Shown here in pieces: positions 54,037-64,000 of a stretch of DNA of 64,000 nucleotides; the first letter of the stretch is position 1, and each line of letters opens with the position of its first letter. Below the pieces are notes generated by a model. The model made no database searches. It was not told where the DNA came from and saw only the letters and a list, made by a program, of their open reading frames with translations. A program made the position numbers and the translations under genes. Origin of the DNA: Chrysomallon squamiferum (lineage: Eukaryota; Animalia; Mollusca); assembly GCA_012295275.1 (NCBI GenBank), contig CM022670.1:2170001-2234000 (forward strand). Reading direction: 5' to 3'.

Positions 54037-57000
54037 TCAGTTCAGATTTTCAAGATGGCTGAAACTTTTATCAGTATGCTGTTCGAAAATTTGTAGTTGT
54101 TTAAGAAATTTATTAAATTTCTCTTTAGAAACAAATCCTTTTGTCTGCTTCTCAAATTTTTCTTGCTGTTGCTTGAAATTGTCTATAACAGGATTAATGG
54201 AGCTTGTAGACTCTTCTGACATATTTCTTGCTTCAGAAAATAAGTCTTTATCTCTAGTCAACAGATCTTGAGCACCACTGGTTAGAAAATTTATCTCATC
54301 TGCTGCAGTAGACAGGGAATTCTGGGCAACTTCCTGTTTTTTACTTTGGTTGCTGGAAAGAATAGTGATATCATCTGGCAGATGAGAATACAAATATTGG
54401 ACCACAAGCAGAATTTGGTTTTCATCTCTGAAAGAGTAACAAATAAATTTGATTAAGAAAAATATCTTTATTTCTCCACTTACAACATTGTCATGTTTAA
54501 TTATATTAGAATACTCAATGAAAATAAATACGAAAATGCAGCAAAAATATAAATAAATATAGGAATCCAAGATGTGTATAGTGATACCATATCAAGTCCT
54601 ACGTGATAATGAATGCTCAGTGTTTCCTAAAGTTAGATTTTCGTAGGTGTTTTTATATTCCGGCCTCTTACATCCTGTTTCTTCACCAATACATGGACTG
54701 GTTTGTTAAAACTACAGTAATACATCATTTTATGATAATAACAACAATAATAACCACATAACAATGATAGTAATAATAATGATCATGATTGTAATGAAGA
54801 CCAACAACATAATCTTCACCTTGCTGAGACACTGATGATTACTTCCCTTGACGAGCTGACATTTTGGATTTGAATTCTGACCAGATTCAATGCATGACAC
54901 TCACAACAAACATAACATTGTAGTGCCTCATGGAAAGTGAACCCAGCCTGCTGTGTTAGCAGTGGTCCTATGTTACTCATTAAACTGAATGTAGACTGCA
55001 GTCTTAACAACACTGTCAGTTGTGCACAGTCCAGAGCTGATCTCACTGTTGTCCAGGTTTCTTCAGATAAATCTGAAAAACAAAACAAAATAAGAATTAT
55101 ATATTTATGTATGCTCTAGTGAAAAATGTACCTCAGGCTTTCCAAATCAGGTCTGTAATGTTCTTGAATAATATAAAAATAAGTAAACAATATTTAAGAA
55201 TTCACTTTTTCTTCCTTTACTTGATTATTACCAAAGCATATAAATGTTTTAACTTGGAACTTTTTACTTTAGCAACAATTATATAGTGAACTATTAACAA
55301 ATTAAAATGTTTTGTTGAATAAAATATTTCATATTGCATATTTAGTGTCCCGCTATTAAGAAAGGTTTATTTAAAACAAACATTCATGCAAAATTCCTTT
55401 CAGCCAGTAATTATATTATTAATTGTAAAAACAGCTGTATCTCACTACCTGAAATTATACATTTCATAAAGTCTATAGAATACACTCCGCTCAAGTAATC
55501 CTGGATATTAAATTTTATTTCTCCACAATCCTGGGATATGATTTCTTCTTTTCCAGAATGTGCCACCTTGGTATCCTGGCTCTCCACAAAATGCAGAATC
55601 AGAGCAAAAGAAATGTCCTTTTCAATGGAGACACTGGGTGTGGTAGTACAGCAAGCCACAGTGGCTGTTCTGCCAGGTTTAACTGTTGTTTTCTTATCAC
55701 TGCTAAACACTGGTAAAGACTGGAAGTCCAGTTTAAGTCTTTTTGCTTCACTGTAAAGTGATTTCACTGATGTGGGAGCAGCACCTGTTTCAAAAGATCT
55801 GACAGGCCAGTGAGAACTGTGCTTTGATGAACTAGATGATTTGGAAACCAGTGAAAGAACACAGTCAGTTATAGACCTGAAGGGGAAAACAAAATACATG
55901 TCTGTATGTCTTTGTACCATCACAAATACATTAAAAGCACATCTGTGTTATACCTCAGTATCCTAATTTTAAATGATAACATTAACATTACTTTAAGTGC
56001 ACTTTTGTCTATATAATATTATTTTATGTATATTTACAAAAACAATGAATGAATTAAATATTTCTTAAGTAATGTTCTTTTTAAAATAATTAAGACATGA
56101 TTCACATAATGTCACAAACCAATTTAAAATATACTGGTGGTAAATTATAATAACAGTTACTTCCATAAAAGTTTGTGAGATAAAAATCTTTATTAAAATA
56201 TACCTAGATATATGTGGAGTCGACAAAAGTGACTTTTTCATCTTAAAAATTAAATCAACTGCAGTGATAGTTCCGTTTCTCTTTGTATTAGGCTTTAATA
56301 TTAATGCAAAGTTTCCCTTTCTTTGATTAAACAACAACTATCCAACAATAACAAAATAAAAACAGTAACCTACTACCACCAACATGAAATACTTCCCCTT
56401 CAACCATTCTCACCTTTCAGATCTGTTGATGAATTTCACTACAGCAACAAGCTTGTCTCCTACAACATGTTGTGAAATTTCTTGTGGATGAATCTGAATT
56501 CTTCTGGTCTGAACAGTTTGAGATTTTCTGTTTGTGTCCATGCTGGATGTTTGGCTTCCTTCAATTATGGTGACCATGGGTACCTGAATTAACAACAAAA
56601 ATGTTTTTTCAGAGAATCAGCATTTGGTCATCTTTTTTTTTTTTAAATTAAATAAATAATAATAATAATAATAATAGTAATAATAATAAGAACAAGAACA
56701 AGAACAAGAACAAGAAAAAGAAGAAGAACAACAAGATTTAATAATAAGAACAAAATTAAATTAAATTAAATTATATTTGAAAAATATTACTATGTAACAA
56801 TTAATCTGTGAAGAACATTCTGTGAAACGTATATTCACCATTGAGTCCATAATTCTTGATATATTCTCTCCAACAGATCTTTTTTGAAGATTATTCCAAG
56901 TTGATAAAACAAATTCCTTTTTCATTACCAAATCCTTCTCATCTTCTTGGAGACTTATTCGTGATTTCTGTATAATAAAAATTAATAATCAAGTTGTAAA

Positions 57001-59137
57001 ATGAAACATGTATTGATTTGGATGTGTGCACATTTGATATTGTGAATACATGTCTCTCTATCTCTCTCATTTATAGATGTGTGTGTGTGTGTGTGTGTGT
57101 GTGTCTGTTAAAATTATAGTCAAAGACACAATGAAAAGTAATGTAAAAAGACAAAAGATTTATTTTATGTGATGGTTATACAGTTAAAACTGGATTTTGT
57201 AATAACAAAGAATATAACAAATTTTATTATAGAAGAAACTGATGTCTATTTATCAAAATAACGTATCTTCTTTAAAATGTTTTTTAAAACAATCTATTAG
57301 TCCATTACTCAAAAAATAAACCAAAAATATAAATAATAAAACTCTAAATAAATAAACATAAAACATTTGATTAAATTTGCAATAAAATATTTATTCTTAA
57401 TAAAAAAAATAATGAATGTTTATTTATTATTTCATTTAAAGATAAAATATAAAATGGAACCTGCAAGCGACTTGCAAGTGCTGTAACAACAGCCAATACA
57501 CTGGATGCAGCCTCTGCATCTTCACAAACATCTGAACTGTCACTCCTTTTTCTTGTGTCAATTTGCAAGTTAACAAAATCAGTTAAAACCCAGGAACCAG
57601 AGCAAGATTCAAATGACCAATCAGCAAACAGAATTAAGAGCTGGTGTTTTCCCAGATTAATAAAATCTCCTGTCAAGATGTATGACACGTTGGTCCAGTG
57701 TTGAAAAATCTAGAAAATAAAAATATTGTAGTTAAATACAACTCAGCCTGAAACAGTAATTTGAAAAGTATATTTTCATTTTCTCAGCCTCATATGACTT
57801 GTTGCATTCTATTTTTAATACATATCAAAATTTATATACCCTATTTAAATTACTAAAATAGGCAAGTCAGAAAATAAAAGATTTGTACTTTTACTGAATA
57901 AATTGGATATAGAAGTAATATATTGATTTAAATAATAAAAACATTAATCTAAATAAATTATACTATCTTAAGGTAACACTGTATAAAAGTAGTTTCTGAA
58001 ATTTTATTAAAAACTTTTTATGATCTCATAAATTTATAAAATTTACCAATTTACCTTTTTCTTTTGTAAATCCACAGCTAAGCACTCAGTTTCTTCTGAA
58101 GTCTGTAATTTCAAAACAGCCATTTCGTTGAGGTTACTAACAAACAACCCAATTATTTCAAAAGAAAAATCTTTTTGAAAACATGGATTATCCAGCTGAA
58201 AACATCTGTGAATTTGTCCACTGTGGAGTTCAAGAAAATACCCATCTTCTAACAGTGCAAGTACATGGCTGTCAATAACTGTCTGATTTCCTCCACTTTT
58301 GTTAATCACATGAGTAGTTGTAACTGGTGAATGTTTCAGTTTACATTTTATAACTGATAGAGTAACCAAGTTTGTGGAATAGGCTACAGGAATTAATTCT
58401 GAAGCATCTAATATCCATTTACACCACTGTCCATCTGCTTTTTGCATTAACAAAACCAGGAACAACTGTAAAGAGACATTATTGTCCAAAAATAACTCAG
58501 CATTGGAAATCTCTTCTTGTTTTGTAATCCGTGTGAAAATAAGATAATTTGTTTCACATATACCCTGCATCCTATCTGCCCATATCAATTCTATGTTAGT
58601 AATATTTCTTATGTGCTTATAAATCCTATATGAGTGTTTGCAAAGAACAGTATTACTGCTGCCTGATGGTGAAGCTGTGTGTAGTATTTCATCCTGAAAC
58701 CAAATCATAAACATATCTGTTAAAACTGAAATGTCTCTACAGATTTGTCCCTCAACATTATAATATCGTAATGGTAAAATTTCTTTTCTGTCGGTATTGT
58801 ATAAGACAGCAAAGAAGTAAAAACTTGTAATTCCTGATTTAGCTGCAGGTGTATCAATGCCATGTTTACTTTTCTTCGATCGCCTATCTTTGATTAAAGC
58901 TACAATAACAGGTAATGACAAGCCAGTATCTGGTTCAGTGCATTGTCCAAAATGTACAATTTGTCCTTTGCTATATGGACGTAGCTGCATATGTAATGTA
59001 TTTCGATCGTGATCAATTATTTCTCTCGAAATGTGCGAAAGTTTGTAAACACTAACTTTAATTAACGATTTGTTTTCCACTGACGCAGTAAAAATCAAAC
59101 CATTTATTAGGCATGTAAATAGTTTACATTTAGACAT
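54037..59137 (-). CDS. FANCB: Fanconi anemia group B protein-like; 7 coding exons, 900 aa
   Basis: Exons: 59137-58055, 57709-57461, 56967-56839, 56583-56414, 55876-55449, 55072-54820, 54427-54037. They sum to 2703 nt, the phases are consistent and all boundaries are GT-AG. The segments WTNVSYILTGDFINLGKHQLLILF..WVLTDF, VVTALASRLQ..coiled coil, QHVVGDKLVAVVK..ITDCVLSL, ARDENQILLVVQYLYSHLP and the terminal QIFEQHTD match the order of FANCB motifs as I recall them. The large first coding exon also fits FANCB. Confidence 0.8.
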
Positions 59138-59224
59138 TATTTCATAGCTTTCTGTTGTAATATAAAGCAACTTATGGCCACGTATTCATGTTGTTGTTTT
59201 TCAGATTGTTTACTATATCACTGA

Positions 59225-59270
59225 ATTCAGCCATTTTGGAAATTCCGCCAAGTAATTGACCAATGAAAAT
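59225..59270 (-). promoter_or_regulatory. Putative FANCB core promoter (YY1-like AAAATGGC, E2F/CDE-like TTGGCGG, CCAAT)
   Basis: On the + strand, GCCATTTT (59230-37), TTCCGCCAA (59243-51) and CCAAT (59260-64) cluster about 100 nt upstream of the ATG in a locally CpG-retaining stretch. Confidence 0.45.
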
Positions 59271-61248
59271 ATTCGTAGGATTTCCCTTTTATCTGCAAAA
59301 AAGTCCATCACAAAATTACAGAGCACCACTGCCATGAAGACTTTCGTGAAACTGTTACACAATCAAAATAAAATGTTTCAAGTTGTGTGAATACGTTAAA
59401 AAGCATATATTCGTATAAGCTGTTTATACAAAAAATGTGTTTACGATGGATAAAGATGCTTTTCTCTTAATTGTATTACATAAAGATTTATTGTTTTTGT
59501 TAGAAAGGTATATATTATATCTCCATCTGGTTTAAGGCTGTGGTACGTGTTTTCCTACTTATTCAAAGATGCATACGAAAAAGTATTTTGCTACTAACTG
59601 TGGCCTTACCGTCCCATAGATTATGCATTATGCTGAATGTGTCATAGATAAAATATTTATTAATTATCCATGGATCTGCAAAACACTGGTTCCTTTTTCA
59701 ACAGTATTTAACAAAGAATGGCAAACATATTTCTTTATACAAATTTTTCATAAAACCATAAAACCTGATTTTTATTAATTTGATGTTTATTACATTTAAT
59801 TACCACACGAACTCAGAGATTTAAATATCCTAGGTTATAGCTGGTGTGCTTACAAAGCAAGCTTTACCAATTTATGTGTAAATTGATTCGATACGTGGTA
59901 GGTTTCAGGATCAGTACTCCAAGGTATGTATTTTAAGACTTTTTGTTTTGTACTGCTAATTGGTAAATGTAGCATATAGATTGTAAGATGCTTCTTTAGT
60001 ATAATTAGGACGGAAAATAAAATAAAATTAAATAAAATTAAATAAATTAAATTAAAAAAAAATAATAATAAAAAATATATAATAAATAAATAAATGATGA
60101 TAATAATAATAATAAACATAACAAATAGAGAATGAAAGAGAGAAAGAAAAAGAAGAAAAACACACCTAACAGTTACCAGTACAAAAACATTCTGAATATA
60201 CAGTCAAATAAAATATTTGTTTGTTCTGTTCAGTCAGTTCGAAGAAACTTTAATACCGTGAAATACAAGGAATAAACAGTACTTCTTTTTAAACAAAACC
60301 AGTTGCTAAAAGAATGTAGTAAAAACTGAAGACAAGGAAATTTCACAAGATTCATCTGTTGTTCATTACGAAAATATATATTTTTAGAATAGAAATAATT
60401 GATCAGTTATGATAAAATGCAAAACAGAAATCAATGTCTGTTCCAAAGAAAAGCATATTTAAATGAAACACGAGGTCACACAACACTGATTTCTCTTGTT
60501 TGGTCTAATGCTAATTCTTTAAGTAACTTAATAAATTTTAGTTGTCTTGGAAATAATGATTGTACATTCAAAAAGATAATATTATTACCAATATTTTTAC
60601 TGACATGGAAAGCAATAATTTATTTTTACTTTCCTAGCAAAATAAAGTACAGAATGAGTGTAGATGTGTTTTTTTAAATTTAATGTTGTTAATTCTAAAT
60701 GATTAGAAATTTTTATTGTCAAAGTACTTTTACATGTAATATTTTAGTTTAACCCTCTCCCCCAAAAACCCAACACAAAACACTTTAATAATGAATAAAC
60801 AAATAAGTAAGTAAATAATTAAGTATACAAGTAAATAAATAAATAAATAAATAAGTAAATAAGTAAATGAATAAATGAATAAATAAATAAAGACAATGAC
60901 ACAAAGTTAAAGCTAAAACACAACACAAAAATTTCAAAATCAGTTGTTTCTTTATTGTAACTTATGTTTTTAACAGCTTAAAAGGTGAATTTCAGATATC
61001 CTTTGTTAACAGAACATTAATTTCTTTTCTATCCTTATAATACAAGGCAGACAAAATAAAGTAAAATAAAAATAAAAACAATCAATGGATGATTATTATT
61101 ACTATGTTTGAGGGTGGGGATATTCCAGAGATGGGAAATTGTTGTTAAAATGCTAAGTACATTTATTATCCAAGGCATTTTTTTTTTTTTTTTATCCTAT
61201 TTTCATTTTTACTGCAGAGATTACTATAATAAAAGTTGTTTTTGCAAC

Positions 61249-61283
<35 letters not shown>

Positions 61284-62200
61284 GTCAATTAATCAATAAA
61301 ATTACATGGAAGTATGAAAATAAATTTGATAACCATCTTTATTGAAATGGAGAACTAAAATATTTTCATACGTTTCATAAAACAAAAAATTTCATTTGAT
61401 AACTATTTCATCTGTAATAATGAAACAATTAATCTTTTTCAAATATGCATCTACTGAATGGTCCAGCATGTTTGTCATGGGCACACAGCTATGAGCCTGG
61501 CTTCCGTGACTAAGACAGCACTAGTGTAAATATGTTAGAATAGTAATACAAGAAGAGTTAAGTATCTTCATATCTCACTATAATATCTTGGTAAAAAAAC
61601 CTGCTTTAGGAACTGATCCCTGTACCAGTGAATCTGTAAGTCTAGGCTTCGCTAACACAAGGTTGTAAAAAATGCATTCTAAAATAATAAAAATGTTAAG
61701 TTGTTTCAGTGTATTTCCTGTAACATATGAAATAATTGTATATAACATTTATGTTATTCAAAGAGAGTTGTTTTGTATTTTATCTGTATCAGACTGACAT
61801 TAAACCTGCAACAAACAGATGGTATTCATATGACCATAGACAGTTTAAGAGAAATTAATTGCTGGTATTGTGTAATATGACAGGACTGCTTCAGAACAAG
61901 TAATGGGACTGACACATATTGTAGTCATAGTTGCAAATGTGCTGTCAGACTGGTAATAAATCACAATGTACAACTGGCAATAAACTTTTCAAAATGACAC
62001 AATCACACTGTGTATTTAAAAAAAAAAATCAATGATGATGTTAATGTAGCTAGGTGAATTAAGGATTATTCTATTTAAGATGTGCGTAATTTTTTTTTTT
62101 TTTTTTTTTTTATATGTATTTTTTTTTTAAAGGCTGAAACTGAAATAAAGATAAATTAATTAATAATTTAACATATGTTTTTTTAATATTCAGTCACTGG

Positions 62201-62310
62201 TCACATCTTTTCGACTGGATTTATTCCCAGGATGTTGAACACAGCTGCTATAACACTAGCAGTGGCTTCACACAGCAGTAGTCGACTCATATCAATCTTG
62301 ATAATCTCAC
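62201..62310 (-). CDS. RARS1: Last coding exon of cytoplasmic arginine--tRNA ligase (rest of gene upstream, not found in window)
   Basis: Acceptor gtattttcAG followed by (G)EIIKIDMSRLLLCEATASVIAAVFNILGINPVEKM*. This is the characteristic ArgRS anticodon-binding-domain C-terminus (R.LLCEA...F.ILGI.PV.+M). Confidence 0.88.
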
Positions 62311-64000
62311 CTGAAAATACATTTAAAAAAAATAATACTGTTTTAGTGTGCATTTCAGCCAAATTGTTTCTAAATCTATGATTATAAAGATAATAAAAAA
62401 AAAAAAATAACATAAAATTGTCGGTGATAATGAATGAGAGAGAGAGAGAGCACAAGCACAAAAATATTGGAGAAAGAGTTAGAAATAATGACTATATTTA
62501 TTAATTAGAAAGTAACTGACTATACACAAATAAAAGGAACTGCTGGATTATTTGTTTAAGCAAAAAACCTCAGAAGTTGTTTATTATTACAACTTTAAGC
62601 AGAGTTCTTCTTGGATTTTATTACATTTTTTCCAAAGAATAATGACTTTATCAGATCCTTTGAAATACCAGTGAAGAATACCCAAAGGAGACAAGAACTT
62701 GCAAAACAGACACTTTATCAATAAACCTCAAAACTTGTCTCGTACTTGAAACAATTGTAAATTCAGATTAAATCCCTAATTTGTCACATAATGCTGGAAG
62801 CTAGCGGGGGGAAAACACGAAAAAAAACAGCTACCCCCCACTCCAAAACCTCACAGCCTAATTTCAGCTAACAACATTAATATAACTCAAATGGATCAGA
62901 ACCAACAAAAACAACATCACAAGGCCTTTTTTTTTTTTTTTTTAATTCAAATCTTCTTTTTTTTTTCTTCTCATTATTCTTTGTTAACATTTGTTTGAAT
63001 GATTGTAATTAGCAGCTTTCAGCTCCTCTTAAGTGGGTTTCAAGAGACAAGTTTATAAGACTTTCGCACTTCTGGCACTGGCCTTCATCAAAACAAAAAG
63101 TTCAAACAGTACTTCTTGTATTGACACTGAAGTGTAATTCCATTCCGCACTGAAAACTGTAACATTTGGTTTGATTAATGAGAACTGCTTGATGGAACAC
63201 TTTATTCCTCCTATGCATTATTCAAACAGTCAGAAAAACATGATGACACCTTCCACACTTGTAGGGCTGCTGGTTAATTGCTTCTTTCATCATGGCAAAG
63301 GGAAAAACAAATTTTCATATTTAGCAGTTAACATGTTTGATAGAGAATCTGTCATCACTCTTAAAGATGTTTTGTGTTCAAGAGTCTTCTAGGAATTTTG
63401 GTTTTCAATAGCTGGTTATTATCTTAGTTTTACTGAATGTTTTATAATCTCTAAACATGTTTTTATCACTGTAAGATCATAACATGACATGTAAGAGATA
63501 CTAAAAAAAAAAAAAAATTAAAAAAAGAAGAAAGATTCATTCTGAAATATGGCTAAAGATTAATAATCTGAAAACATTTTAAATAAAGTTCAGGAAAATA
63601 AATAATTAATATACAAATTAATAATAATAATAGTAATAATAATAATAATAATTGTAACAGAAATAACAATAATTATTATGATGATAATGATAATAATAAA
63701 TTTAATCTCACAATAGTATCTTTAACTGAGTTAATTCATATTCAAGTTTTGTGCATGATACTAGGTCACAAGTAATCTGTTAGTTAAAATTTTTGTTTAT
63801 TGGTGATTCTTTATAATGAAGTGAAGTAATATCTCAGTATGAAACAACAGGAATAAAGGTTAAACATTTTTGGCATAACTATGTTATATTATCAGCCTCT
63901 CTCAACGTTTTTACATTGGATGAATCCCTGAACTAATATTCATGTCTCAGAAAACCCCTGGATCAATGTAAAGTCAAAAAAAAAAAAAAAAAAAAAAAAA

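Overview
AT-rich, microsatellite-rich eukaryotic genomic DNA from an invertebrate animal. Egghead-family genes are absent from vertebrates and FANCB is absent from fly and worm, so their co-occurrence points to a lophotrochozoan, probably a mollusc (inference). The window holds two convergent beta-1,4-mannosyltransferase (egghead/bre-3-like, GT2) paralogs, each with its CDS in one exon (15648-17018 +, 29170-30537 -). These are followed by a tandem minus-strand housekeeping block: a complete 24-coding-exon PFAS (36100-51321), a complete 7-exon FANCB-like gene (54037-59137) and the last exon of cytoplasmic arginyl-tRNA synthetase (62201-62310). Several non-autonomous DNA transposons (pogo/Tigger-type MITE, Tigger4-like termini, a foldback element), a dispersed SINE-like family, minisatellites and microsatellites are also present. 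The most notable item is the diverged egghead pair, which shares atypical substitutions in the catalytic region and PDZ-type C-termini. I found no clearly novel system beyond that.
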